A model generated the notes under the pieces. The model did not search any database, was not told the origin of the DNA, and was given only the letters and a program-made list of their open reading frames with translations. Of a stretch of 64,000 nt of DNA, positions 1-10,600 are shown in pieces. The position numbers and the translations under genes were made by a program. Every line of letters starts with the position of its first letter. Within the stretch, counting starts at the first letter, position 1. The DNA is taken from the IMG/VR virus record IMGVR_UViG_3300012974_000540, positions 1 to 64,000 of that record. One strand, given 5' to 3'. This stretch comes from a virus. Its lineage: Duplodnaviria > Caudoviricetes.

Positions 1-850
1 AGCCACCGAGACGATCGGGCCAAACGGACATCTGCCCGGTTATTACCACCGCCTGGAGGTGCTGGGCGATGCGCCGCCGGGCACGGCCTTCGCCCTGCTG
101 CGCTTTACGGGCGCGGGCATCGGCCAGCCAGACCCTTACCTGTTCTTCACCCAGGCGATGCTCGGGAAGACGGCGAAGAACGCCACGGAGGTCTCGGCCT
201 GGACCGCCGGCGGCGTCACCGAGATCGCCGGCGGCATGATCCGCGCCCGCACGATCCAGGCCGACCGGATCGCGGCGAACACCATCGGCGCCAGCGAGAT
301 CAACGCCCACTCCGTCCGCGCCGGCATCCTGTCGGTGGGCGCGATCAGCGCGGGCGAGATCGCGGCGGGCGCGATCCGGGCCAACCATCTGGCTTCGGAG
401 ACGATCATCACGCAGGCCGCGCAGATCGGCACGGCGGTGATCGAGTCGGCGCAGATCAAGGATCTGAGCGTCGATACGCTCAAGGTGGCGAACGGGGCCA
501 TCACCACATTTTCGAGCACCACGCGCTACGACGGCATCGGCGGCGGCAACGTCTGGGTGCAGGGGGCCATCCTCAACGTCTGGGTGCCGCAGCCTCGCAG
601 CGGCCTGCTGCTCTGCACCTTCGCGCTGGGTTACGTGGGCGGCAACAAGACCCACTTCAGCCGCCTGGTGCTGAACGGCGCCAATGTGACCGGCGACCAG
701 GGCGGCATCGGCACGCCGCCGAACGGCGCGGTATCCGCCGGCGTCACGCTGGCGCCCGGCAACAACGTCATCACCTTCGACTGGTATGGGCAGGATGCCG
801 GCATCGTCCTGAACATCCGGTCGCTCACCCTGTTTGTGTCCGCGAGGTGA
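1..850 (+). CDS. C-terminal part of a tail fiber/host-specificity protein (starts before the window)
   Basis: Repeats of the type TIQADRIAANTIGASEI and IKDLSVDTLKVANGAIT, typical of the C-termini of central tail fibers; tail-module context. Confidence 0.7.
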   Translation, partial: ATETIGPNGHLPGYYHRLEVLGDAPPGTAFALLRFTGAGIGQPDPYLFFTQAMLGKTAKNATEVSAWTAGGVTEIAGGMIRARTIQADRIAANTIGASEINAHSVRAGILSVGAISAGEIAAGAIRANHLASETIITQAAQIGTAVIESAQIKDLSVDTLKVANGAITTFSSTTRYDGIGGGNVWVQGAILNVWVPQPRSGLLLCTFALGYVGGNKTHFSRLVLNGANVTGDQGGIGTPPNGAVSAGVTLAPGNNVITFDWYGQDAGIVLNIRSLTLFVSAR

Positions 851-851
851 C

Positions 852-1421
852 ATGCCGCGCTATTACCGCATCCTTCGGCAAGGGGTCTTGGTAGGCGTCG
901 GCCAGGCCGGCGACGGCCAGGAAGTGACGTTCGAGAGTGGCGACCTCCTGCAAGAGGAGATCGATCAGGCCACCTACGAGGCGGCGCATGACCAGCTCAT
1001 GCCGAAGCTGCCGCCCTTGACGCTGGAGAGCCGGAAGGCCCAGGCGTATGTGAGCATCGATGTCGCGGCCGAGGCGGCGCGCCTCACCTGGATCACCGAC
1101 GGCGCCGGGCAGGCGATGGAATACCGCGAGGCGCAGGACGAGGCGACGCGCTTCCTGTCGGCGCCCGAGGGCAGCCAGGACCCGGACGACTATCCCTTCC
1201 TGGTCGCCGAGCAGCAGGCCTTCGCCATCGGCCAGGGCGTCCAGCAGACGCTCGCCGAGATCGCCACCACGATCCATTACGAATACCTGGCGTGGCGCCA
1301 CATCGGCTCCACCATCCGCTTCCTGCGCCGCGAGGCGAAGATGCGCGTCGAGCTGGCGACCTCCATCGCGGAGATCGAGGCGGCCGAGGCGATCGACTGG
1401 CCGCGTCTGCCGACCTCCTGA
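852..1421 (+). CDS. tail fiber assembly/chaperone-like protein
   Basis: Follows the fiber gene; GQAMEY..EA motif and C-terminal AKMRVELATSIAEIEAAEAIDWP. Confidence 0.6.
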   Translation: MPRYYRILRQGVLVGVGQAGDGQEVTFESGDLLQEEIDQATYEAAHDQLMPKLPPLTLESRKAQAYVSIDVAAEAARLTWITDGAGQAMEYREAQDEATRFLSAPEGSQDPDDYPFLVAEQQAFAIGQGVQQTLAEIATTIHYEYLAWRHIGSTIRFLRREAKMRVELATSIAEIEAAEAIDWPRLPTS

Positions 1422-1448
1422 CGCCCCCTGACATTTTCGGAGACTGAC

Positions 1449-4400
1449 ATGGCCGACGCAGGATTGGTGCAGCTCAACTGCGCCCTGTTCGTGGACAGCC
1501 CCTTTGTGTCGCACTTCGTCGGCAACAGCATCCGCCTGTTCGCGAGCTTCGACGACGGGCGGGGCACGCCGGTGGCGGTGCGGGGTCTGCGCTGCTTCGT
1601 GCGGCGCCCCGGCGGCGGGCCGGTGCTGCAATTCCCGCAGGACATGCTCGACGAGGTTTCGCCCGGCCGCTGGGAGATCAACCTGGTGGTCGATGTGCTC
1701 GGCTCCTGGTGGGTGCGGGTCGAGAGCGCCGACCCGCGCGAGAGCAGCGCCGAGCTGAGCTTCGACGTCACCACCTCCGAGGTGCTGCCGGCCCCGCCCG
1801 GCCCGGTGCTGGTCGATGAGAACAGCCGCCTGGTCGTGGTGCCTTCCGGCGGCGTGGTGAACATCCAGCGCGCCGACCGGGCGCCGGTCGTGGACGCGCT
1901 GCGGGGCGATGCCCGGCTGCTGATGGTGCAGGGCAACAATTTCGGCGCGGTGGCGGTGGAAACGCTGCGCGAGGACGCGGCCCGCGCCGGCGCCGAGCGT
2001 TCCGAGCCGCTGATGCGTGAGCTGGCGGGCGGGGTGCTGGAAGACGCGGCGCCCGCCGTGATCGACACGAAGGTGTCCGAGGCGGTGCAGATCGCCGTGA
2101 CGGTGGCCGCGCAGCCGGTCATCGAGCGCATCGAGCGGGCGGCGGATGCCGCGGCGACGAGCGAGCAGATGGCGGCCGGCGCGGCCGACCTCACCCGCGA
2201 GGACCGCCTCGCGGCCGAGGCGGCGCGGGCCTCGGCCGAGCAGCGGGCGGCCCGGGCCGAGACGGAGCGGGCGCGGGCCCAGGCGGCGGCGGATATCGTC
2301 GTGCAGGGCGCTGGCAATCCGATCTTGCGGGTCGAAACGCTGGAGGCTCTGCGCCAGCTCACCGCGCCGCTCGGCACCCTCGCGGAAGTCTATGGCGCGG
2401 CCAGCCAGGGCGTGTACCGCTTCACCGACCGGGGCTGGTCCTATGCGGCGCCGACGCTGGCCGTCCTGGCGCGCCAGGTGGAGGAGATCCCGGCCATCAC
2501 GGCGCCCCGTGTGGCCTTCCTGGGTGCCACCGTGGATGCGGGCGACCTGACGACGGACGCTGATGGCCGCGTGATCGGCGCCATCCTGCCGGATGGACGG
2601 CAGGCGCTGGTGGATGCGGCCGGAGGGCTCAGCCCCGTCGCGCTCGCCAGCGAGTTGATCGAGCGGAATGCGGCGCGGGTGGAGGTGCTGGGCGCTGGCT
2701 CCGGCGGCTTCGCCGCCCTCGACACGGACGAGGATGGCCGCGTCGTCGGAGGCATCTCGCAGTCGGGGCGCAGGACGGCTGTGGCCTCAACCGGCGCGCT
2801 GGACGAGGTGGCGGTCCTGAGCGACCTGTCCGAGCGCATCGTGGCCCGCGTGGATGTCGTGGGCAGTGAGATAGCCCGCGCCGCCAGCAGCATGGAGATC
2901 GACCCGGAAGGCCGGGTGGTGGCGGCCACCGGCGCCGAGGGCACCTTCCGGGCGGCGCCGAATGTCGGTCTCGACCGGGTCGTCACGGAATCCGAGGTGC
3001 CGATCAAGAAGGCCGCCCGCGTGGTGGTCGTGGGCGTCGGTGATGTGGTGGATGCGGTCGTGGACGAGGACGGCCGCGCGCTTCTGGCGCAGACGACGAC
3101 GGCCGCTTATGCGCCAGGGGCGTCTGGGCTGGTGCGCCTGGGCGCCTCCGGCGCGGCCGACCCCCTGAGCTATGACCTGGTGGTCTATGGCGCGACCCTC
3201 ACCGGCATCATGGCCGCCGTGCGGGCGACCAATCGTGGCATGCGGGTCTGCGTGATCGAGCCATCGGCGCACACGGGCGGGATCATCGCCGGGGGCATCA
3301 CCTGGACCGACCAGATGCAGCCCGGCTCACTGTCGGTGAACATCGGAGGCGACACCCGGCGGTACTTCGGCTTGGTCAACGCCGAATATGGCGGCAGCTC
3401 CAACTCACCGCGCTGGGCGTTCGAGCCCAAGGTCGGCGAGCGCGTCGCCAACCGCATGCTCCACGATTGCGGCGCCACGGTCGTGCTGAACTCGCCGATC
3501 TATGGTCCCGGCCAGGTGCTGGTCGGCGACGGCCGAATCCTGGCGATGTCCACGGCGATCGGCTGGGTGAAGGGCAAGTATTTCGTCGATGCGAGCTATG
3601 AGATGGATCTCGGCGCTCATGCTGGCGCGCCGTTCCGCCTCGGCCGGGAAAGCGCCGCCGAGTTCGGCGAGCTCGATGCGGGCTTCAAGCCGAACTACGC
3701 CTATCGCCTACCCGGCTTCAATCCGGCCAATGCCAATCTGTTCCCGATGGTGCGGAAGCCGGATCTTCCGATCGGCTCGGCCGACAACGGTGTGCAGAGC
3801 TATTCGTTCCGCGTGATCGTGCGGCAGTCGGGCGAGAAGCTGCCTTTCCCGAAACCGGATGGTTACCGGACGGAGACCTACGCGCTGGTCAAGGAGTTGA
3901 TCGGGGTGAAAGGGCTGACGAAGTTCCACGACATCGCGGCGGGTGCCAACTGCCCGCTGCCAGGCGGTAAGTTCCAGTGCAATGCCTCGCAGCTCATCTC
4001 AGGTGAGCTGAACGGGTGGAATTTCGGCTACACGAACGCCAATCGCTCTGGCCGCGAGGCCATCATCCAGGAGCACGTCCGCTGGCACCAGGGCCTGCTC
4101 TGGTATCTCGCCAATGATCCGGACTGCCCCGAGGCCGTCCGCCTCGACAGCGCCACCTGGGGCCTCTGTCCGGACGAATTCCAGGATTCGCCCTACGGGC
4201 CGGGCTGGGCGCATGCGCTCTACATCCGCGAGAGCCGCCGCCTGCGCGGCGCCGCGCTGCTGCGGCAGCAGGATGTCTGTGGATACGCGGGGGGGACGTC
4301 ACGCTGGCCGACCAGCGTGGCTACCTGGCGCTACTTCCTGGACTGCCATCCGGTGAATGTCTGGATCGACCCGGATGGCGCCATGCGCGGTGAAGGCACG

Positions 4401-4694
4401 CCTCATGTCGGCCGGCACAGCGACACGATCCACTATGAAGTTCCGGTGGAGACCATGTTCGCGGAAGCCGGCCAGGGTCCATCGAACCTCCTCGTCACCC
4501 TGAACATCAGCTGCACCCATGTCGCCTGGATGCCGACCCGGATGGAGCCGCTGTTCGGGATGATGGGCGAGGCGGCTGGCGAGATCGTCGCCCAGTGCGT
4601 CGGGCGGGGGAACATCCCCGTCCAGCAGTACGACTACCCGCAACTGGCCGCCGCGCTGGTCCAGCGAGGCTCCGTCCTCAAAGTCCCAACATAA
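1449..4694 (+). CDS. tail-associated protein with a C-terminal FAD-dependent oxidoreductase domain
   Basis: N-terminal attachment/coiled region and D.DGRV repeats, then DLVVYGATLTGIMAAVRA, FVDASYEMDL, LYIRESRRL and RMEPLFGMMGEAAG motifs. Confidence 0.7.
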   Translation: MADAGLVQLNCALFVDSPFVSHFVGNSIRLFASFDDGRGTPVAVRGLRCFVRRPGGGPVLQFPQDMLDEVSPGRWEINLVVDVLGSWWVRVESADPRESSAELSFDVTTSEVLPAPPGPVLVDENSRLVVVPSGGVVNIQRADRAPVVDALRGDARLLMVQGNNFGAVAVETLREDAARAGAERSEPLMRELAGGVLEDAAPAVIDTKVSEAVQIAVTVAAQPVIERIERAADAAATSEQMAAGAADLTREDRLAAEAARASAEQRAARAETERARAQAAADIVVQGAGNPILRVETLEALRQLTAPLGTLAEVYGAASQGVYRFTDRGWSYAAPTLAVLARQVEEIPAITAPRVAFLGATVDAGDLTTDADGRVIGAILPDGRQALVDAAGGLSPVALASELIERNAARVEVLGAGSGGFAALDTDEDGRVVGGISQSGRRTAVASTGALDEVAVLSDLSERIVARVDVVGSEIARAASSMEIDPEGRVVAATGAEGTFRAAPNVGLDRVVTESEVPIKKAARVVVVGVGDVVDAVVDEDGRALLAQTTTAAYAPGASGLVRLGASGAADPLSYDLVVYGATLTGIMAAVRATNRGMRVCVIEPSAHTGGIIAGGITWTDQMQPGSLSVNIGGDTRRYFGLVNAEYGGSSNSPRWAFEPKVGERVANRMLHDCGATVVLNSPIYGPGQVLVGDGRILAMSTAIGWVKGKYFVDASYEMDLGAHAGAPFRLGRESAAEFGELDAGFKPNYAYRLPGFNPANANLFPMVRKPDLPIGSADNGVQSYSFRVIVRQSGEKLPFPKPDGYRTETYALVKELIGVKGLTKFHDIAAGANCPLPGGKFQCNASQLISGELNGWNFGYTNANRSGREAIIQEHVRWHQGLLWYLANDPDCPEAVRLDSATWGLCPDEFQDSPYGPGWAHALYIRESRRLRGAALLRQQDVCGYAGGTSRWPTSVATWRYFLDCHPVNVWIDPDGAMRGEGTPHVGRHSDTIHYEVPVETMFAEAGQGPSNLLVTLNISCTHVAWMPTRMEPLFGMMGEAAGEIVAQCVGRGNIPVQQYDYPQLAAALVQRGSVLKVPT

Positions 4695-4706
4695 GGAAAT
4701 CCTCCG

Positions 4707-5585
4707 ATGCCAGTCACGGTTCGCAAGATCGGGCGGAGCGTTCCGAACGAGCTGCTTCCGGTCGCCATCACCGACCCGGCGGAGCTTGCCGTCCGCGATA
4801 TCCCGTCCCTGTCGCTGTGGATGCGGCAGCGGCGCGCGACATACCAGGGCCTCGTGGAAGCGCGGCCCTTCGCCTGGCGCGACTACACCGCCCTGAAGCC
4901 TATGGCGCCCACCGGCACCGGGCTGGCGCCGCGCCCCCTGCGGGATGCCCGGGAGTTCCTGGCCTTCGGCCAGGGCGGCGCGCTGACGCCCACCGACAAT
5001 GGGGCGCTCGAAAGCCCGGCGGGCCTGTCGCTCCGCAACGGCACCAGCGTGACCCTGATGGCGGCGGTGCGCGTGCCGGCCAATGGCGGAGGTGCGGTAA
5101 TCGGCGCGAAGCTGGCGCAGTCCGCCGTGGCAGACCAGAGCGCCAACCTCCGCTGGTGGGGGCTGCGCATTGGCTATGGCAGCGTGCCTGGGCGGGCGGT
5201 GTTCCAGTTCAACGGTGACCAGCGGATCGCGGGGGCTCCGACCGGCAGCAGCGCGGTCGATTACCGCGACGGACGGTGGCACCTCCTCACCGGAATCTTC
5301 AACCACGCCGCCGGCGTGCCAGACAACCAGACCGTGGAGCTGCGGGTGGATGGCGTGCGGGTCGCTCTCACGACCAACACCAGTGTTGTGCGCGCCTTCA
5401 ACCCGACCACCGGCACTGAGGAGGTGCGGATCGGCGCGGCTGGCGCGGTTGGCGACGCAGCGCTGAGCCTGCATTTCGTGGGCGATCTCGGCGACGCGCT
5501 CCTGTTCAATGAGGCGCTGCCGGAAGCCACCCTCGCGATGGTCGAAGGCGCCATCATGGCGAAGTACCCGCCACTGAGTGCCTGA
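4707..5585 (+). CDS. LamG/concanavalin-like beta-sandwich tail protein
   Basis: DGRWHLLTG, LRVDGV, VRIGA and FVGDLGDALLFNEAL motifs. Confidence 0.6.
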   Translation: MPVTVRKIGRSVPNELLPVAITDPAELAVRDIPSLSLWMRQRRATYQGLVEARPFAWRDYTALKPMAPTGTGLAPRPLRDAREFLAFGQGGALTPTDNGALESPAGLSLRNGTSVTLMAAVRVPANGGGAVIGAKLAQSAVADQSANLRWWGLRIGYGSVPGRAVFQFNGDQRIAGAPTGSSAVDYRDGRWHLLTGIFNHAAGVPDNQTVELRVDGVRVALTTNTSVVRAFNPTTGTEEVRIGAAGAVGDAALSLHFVGDLGDALLFNEALPEATLAMVEGAIMAKYPPLSA

Positions 5586-5647
5586 CGTCCCATCCGCTGA
5601 CGTCTGCTTGGCGCGGTCTTTCTGATCCTTCCTATGAGGAGCGCGCT

Positions 5648-5962
5648 ATGGCGCTGTTCGATCCACCGTCCCTCGCGGACGTCGGCTGGTCGCTGGCCGC
5701 CGCTGCTGCGGGCCGGGCGACTCTGATGCTGCGTGCGGCCCGCCGCACGATGACCTGGCACTGGGTGCTCTGGACCCTGGCGTGGGAGGTGCCGATCACC
5801 GCGGCCTGTGGAATCATCGGGTGGGGTTTGGCCGACTGGGCGCAGATCAGCGGCGGCGGGGCCACGGTCCTGATCGCCCTGGTGGCGCGCTACGGCCCGG
5901 ACCGTCTGGAGCCGCTGCTGGAGCAGATGCTGCCGACCCTGGGGCGGAGGAAGCTGCCATGA
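5648..5962 (+). CDS. putative holin
   Basis: 104 aa, hydrophobic segments, basic C-terminus. Confidence 0.55.
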   Translation: MALFDPPSLADVGWSLAAAAAGRATLMLRAARRTMTWHWVLWTLAWEVPITAACGIIGWGLADWAQISGGGATVLIALVARYGPDRLEPLLEQMLPTLGRRKLP

Positions 5963-7392
5963 GCACCGCCCCCGTGCCCTATGCCGAGCTGGAGGCCCTG
6001 GCCGGGGCCTACCGCGAGGCGCTGGAGGATGGCTTCGCCCCGCCTGGCCGCTCCAGCCGGGCGCAGCGCGGCGCCTCGGCGCGGGCGGCCGAGGTCCTGG
6101 GCCTCGACCGCCGGGTGGCCGCCGACCGGCTTACCGTCGCCTCGGCGCTGGGCCTGGCGGTGCCGGGCTGGACGGCGCTGCCGGAGCGGCGCCGTGACGC
6201 GCTGCGGGCGCGCTACCAGGTGCTCGACCCGACCTATCCGGCACACCGCGCACATTCCGCGCGATTGTTGGATCCGGTTTCGCTTGACGCCCCGGCTGCG
6301 CGGCCCCCGGCCGGGCTGAAAACTTTCGCCGGCGAAAATCCCGCCGCTGGGTCGAAAACTTTCGCCGGCGAAAATCCGGGTTCCGGGCCCAGGATTTTCG
6401 CCGGCGAAAATTCCACCGCGCAGGGCGACCTCGTGGCGGCCATCTCGGCCGCCGTCGCCGCCGTGCTGCGGCCCGCGCCCGAGCCGCCGCGCCGCGTCTA
6501 TGCCCAGCCCGCCGGGCCGGGCACCGCCCAGGCCGGGTCGATGTTCGGCACCCAGGCCAAGGCGGAGCCGAAGGTGGTGGAGGAGGCCAGCGACGAGGTG
6601 GTGCGCGACCTGGTGCTCGGGGACAGTCACTTCCACCCCGCCATCGTGCCGCAGGCCACCCGCATGATGACCCTCTGCGGCCTCCATGCCGTCGCCATCG
6701 GGCCGCGCAACCTGGTGCATATCGGCGATGCGGGCGACTGGGCGAGTGTCTGCCGGCACGTCCGGAACGACACCTACCGCGCCCGCTTCAAGCCCCGCAT
6801 CGACGAGGACTTCGAGGCGTTCCGCACCTGCTGGGCGGCGCTGAACCGGCCGATGGACGAGGCCGGGGTGACGGCGAGCCGTCATTTCACCCAGGGGAAC
6901 CACGAGGCCTGGCTGGTCCAGCACGAGGAGGCGGTGCCGGAGTGCTACGGGCAATACACCGGCGAGCTGGACGGGATCATGGCGCTCTCCGGCTGGCACT
7001 CCTATCCCTTCGGCGAATACGTGTTCATCGGCGGCGTGGCCTACACCCATGTGCCGCTGAACCTGATGGGGCGCCCGGCCGGCGGGCAGACCGCCGAGAA
7101 CACCGTCGCGCTCCAGTCGGTCTATGACACGGTCATTGGCCACACCCACCGCTTCGCCATGGGGCGGCGGGTGAAGTTCGGCCCGGCCCAGGCGGTGACG
7201 GTCTTGAACGCCGGCTCGACGATGCCCTTCGGCTATGTCGGCGATTATGCCCAGCGCAGCCAGGGCAGCCACGTCGATAGCGGCGTGCTGGAGGTGGTCC
7301 GCAAGCGCGGCCGCATCATCGGCTGGGCCTTCCGCTCGGCCGAGGAGCTGGAAGCGCTCTACGGCCCGCAGGCCGACAAGCTCCTGGGCTGA
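5959..7392 (+). CDS. calcineurin-like metallophosphoesterase with N-terminal HTH-like region
   Basis: GDSH, HIGD, GNHE, THVP and GHTH motifs; ATGA overlap with the holin gene. Confidence 0.8.
   Translation: MSTAPVPYAELEALAGAYREALEDGFAPPGRSSRAQRGASARAAEVLGLDRRVAADRLTVASALGLAVPGWTALPERRRDALRARYQVLDPTYPAHRAHSARLLDPVSLDAPAARPPAGLKTFAGENPAAGSKTFAGENPGSGPRIFAGENSTAQGDLVAAISAAVAAVLRPAPEPPRRVYAQPAGPGTAQAGSMFGTQAKAEPKVVEEASDEVVRDLVLGDSHFHPAIVPQATRMMTLCGLHAVAIGPRNLVHIGDAGDWASVCRHVRNDTYRARFKPRIDEDFEAFRTCWAALNRPMDEAGVTASRHFTQGNHEAWLVQHEEAVPECYGQYTGELDGIMALSGWHSYPFGEYVFIGGVAYTHVPLNLMGRPAGGQTAENTVALQSVYDTVIGHTHRFAMGRRVKFGPAQAVTVLNAGSTMPFGYVGDYAQRSQGSHVDSGVLEVVRKRGRIIGWAFRSAEELEALYGPQADKLLG
6318..6412. repeat. 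3 x 36-bp repeat containing the palindrome TTTCGCCGGCGAAA
   Basis: Copies at 6324, 6360 and 6396 (in frame, K/R-T/I-FAGEN); same palindrome at 26976 and 28869. Confidence 0.9.
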
Positions 7393-7396
7393 TCCG

Positions 7397-7606
7397 ATGA
7401 CCCATCCTGTCGTCCAGATCCAGACCGTCACCCGGCTCTGGAACTGCCTGCTCGCCGCCCGGCCCGAGCGCCAGGCGCCGCTCGATCCCGCCGAAGTGGC
7501 CTCCCTCCTGGCCGTCGCCGCGCTGTCCGCGCCGGGCCTGCGCCTCTCGGTCGTGGGCCTCGCGGCCCTGGCCGAGCAGATGCGCGACGGCCCCTCGGAC
7601 ACCTGA
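7397..7606 (+). CDS. hypothetical protein
   Basis: Short co-oriented ORF filling the gap. Confidence 0.5.
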   Translation: MTHPVVQIQTVTRLWNCLLAARPERQAPLDPAEVASLLAVAALSAPGLRLSVVGLAALAEQMRDGPSDT

Positions 7607-7635
7607 CCGCACCCCTTTCGCGTAGCGAGGCAAGC

Positions 7636-10600
7636 ATGAGCCCACCCAACCCCGCGCTCGGGACCGAGCGGGGCAGCATCGTCACGACCCGTTCGGGCGG
7701 CCTGATCGATGTCCAGCGCGCCGACCGCGCGCCGCTGGCCCAAGCCCTGAAGCCGGAGGCCCGCCTGATGGCGGTGCAGGACGAGGCCTTTCAGGCCATC
7801 GCCCTGGAGACGCTGCGCGAAGACGCGCGCAGGGCCGCCGTCGAGCGGATAGCGCCCCTGGCAGATGAGGTAGGGCGGCAGGCCGGGGTGGTGGAAGCCA
7901 AGGCCGGGGAGGCCAGCGAGGCTGCCACCACGGCCATCGCCAAGGCCGGGGAGATCCGCGACGCCGCCACCACGGCCGTCGCCAAGGCCGGGGAGGCCAG
8001 CGACGCCGCCGCCACGGCCGTCGCCAAGGCCGAGGAGGTCCGCGGCGCCACCACCACGGCCGTCGCCAAGGCGGGGGAGGCCGGCGACGCCGCCGCCATG
8101 GCCGTCGCCAAGGCCGGGGAGGCCGGTGACGCCGCCGCCACGGCCGCCACCAAGGCCGGCGAGGCCGGCGACGCCGCCGCCACGGCCGTCACCAAGGCCG
8201 GCGAGGCCGGCGAGGCCGCCATCCTGGCTGTCACCAAGGCCGGGGAGATCCGCGACGCCGCCGCCACGGCCGTCGCCAAGGCCGGCGAGGCCGGCGACGC
8301 CGCCGCCGTGGCCGTCACCAAGGCCGGGGAGATCCGCGACGCCGCCGCCACGGCCGTCACCAAGGCCGGCGAGGCCGGCGAGGCCGCCATCCTGGCTGTC
8401 ACCAAGGCCGGGGAGATCCGCGACGCCGCCGCCACGGCCGCCACCAAGGCCGGCGAGGCCGGCGACGCCGCCGCCACGGCCGTCACCAAGGCCGGCGAGG
8501 TCGAGGCGGCTGTGGCTGGCGCTGCCGACCGCGCCGCCGCCGCCGCCAGCCAGGTTCTGGTGAACAAGGTGGACCGTGCCGCGCCCTCGCTGACAGGGCC
8601 GTTGGTGCTCGCGCCGTGCCCGCTGGGGCAGTTGCCGAACGCCTTTGACGGCAAGGGCGCCATCGTGGCGGTGCCGGATGGGCCGAACGGCCACAGCCAG
8701 GTGCAGAGCGATGGCGTCTGCTGGCGCTGGGTGCTGGACGGGAGCGTGGCGGCCTTCTGTAGCGGCGCCTTCAGCTTCACGCGGGCCAGTGAGGGCTACG
8801 GGGTCGAGCAGGGCGGCGGGCTGGTGCAGGCGCCTGCCGGGGTGCCACTGGCAGGCCCGTCGCGCCGCGTCCGGATTTCCGGCCCGGCGACCAATCACCT
8901 CGCGAACACCCTGGGGCTGGGCGCTCAGTCGGGTGGCCTGCCGCCCGGCTGGTCCTACCTGGGCGCCATGCAGGGCGTGGCGGTGTCCTTCTCCGGCCCG
9001 TTCCTGCGCAACAACATGGTGGTTCACCAGATCCGCTGCGTCGGCACCGCGATGGGAACGGGCATAGGCCGGCTCTACTTCAACGGCCTCCAGTCGGTGC
9101 CGGCATCTGAGGGGCAGCCCTGGCACGCAGGCCTGCATATCGCGCTGGTCTCCGGCAGCAACAGCGGCTTCTCGCGGCGCCTGGCGCTGCGCTCCCTTGA
9201 CGCGGCTGGCGGGCCCGTCGGGACTCAGGTCACCAGCGGGGCGATCAGCCCTGGGGCCGATCTCACGGCCGGACCCAATGGGGTGGCCGGCGCGCTGTCT
9301 GGCGCGGGCATTGCCTTCGTGGCGCCCTGCCTGGAGCTGCAGGCATTCGCTTCCGGGAACGTCATCGACGCCACCTACGAGATCTCCCTGCCGATCATGG
9401 GGCCGGGTCTCGAAGTCGGGGCGCCCGCGCTCTCATCCGCCCTGGCGGGAGGGCCGGTTTCGCGGTCCGCCGACGTCCTCACCGCGCCGCTTTCAGCGTT
9501 GGTGCCCTCGACCGCTGCGGGCACCCTGGCCTTCAGCTTCGTCATGCCGCGGGCCGCGGCGGCCGGGCAGGATCAGACCATCCTCCAGCTCGATGATGGG
9601 ACGGATGCCAACGCGATCCGTCTCCGCAACTTCGCGGGCACCACCAACTTCGCGCTGGAGGTGGTGAAGGCCGGGGTGGTGACGGCGGGCACCGCGATCA
9701 CGCTCTACGCGACCGGCCAGGTGGTCCGCATGGTGCTCACCTGGGATGACGCCAGCGCGGCGATGCAGCGCGCAGGCGGCAGCTATATTTCCGTCAACAG
9801 CCCGCCGCCGGTCACCACGCTCCGCATCGGCAGCAACGCCGCGCAGACGAGCTGGCTCAACCAAAGCTTCGGCCCGCTCCGCGTGCTGCCGGCGCGCGTC
9901 AACGCGGCTGGGGCCGCCGCCGCTCTGGCGGCCTTCATCGCGGCCGACACGCAGACCGACCTGGCGCTGCCGGCGCGTCATGTGGCGCCGGGACAGATCG
10001 ACGTGCCCGGCTTGCCGCTGTCGCGCAGCGCGGCAGTGGCAAAGGGGTGGCTCGATGACCAGTTGCTCATCGGCGCCGAACTGATTCCCTTCAAGGCCGG
10101 CTTCAATGGCGCGGTGACACTGCCGCTGCGCACCGCGCTGAGCTTCGTCCGTTCGGCGCGGCTCTGGGACGTGATGTGCGACGGCGTCGCCGACGACACG
10201 GCGGCGATGGATCGCGCCATCAGCGACCTTCAGGGCAAGGTGGACAGCGGCAAGGCGGCGGCGACGCTGCTGGTGCCGGGCGGCGTCTGCAACACCCAGG
10301 GCTTCACGCCCATCCTCGGCGCGCTGAATATCGAGGGTGAGGGGCAGTCCGTCACCGAGTTTCGGCCCTATGTCGGCAACACCCGCCCGGTGTTCGAGGT
10401 CGCCTGCCAGCTCGGCAGCACCGACCTGAGCGCCAACGGATTCCCCGGACCCACCGTGCGGTTGAGGAAGTTCCGCATCTTCGGGGCGTCTGGCAACACT
10501 GATGCGGGGCTTGGCGTGGCGCATGGGGTCTATGCCCACCGGGCGGCCGAGCGGCCTCTCGACGTCTTCGGCGTGGTGCTGGAGGAGGTCTATATTGGGC

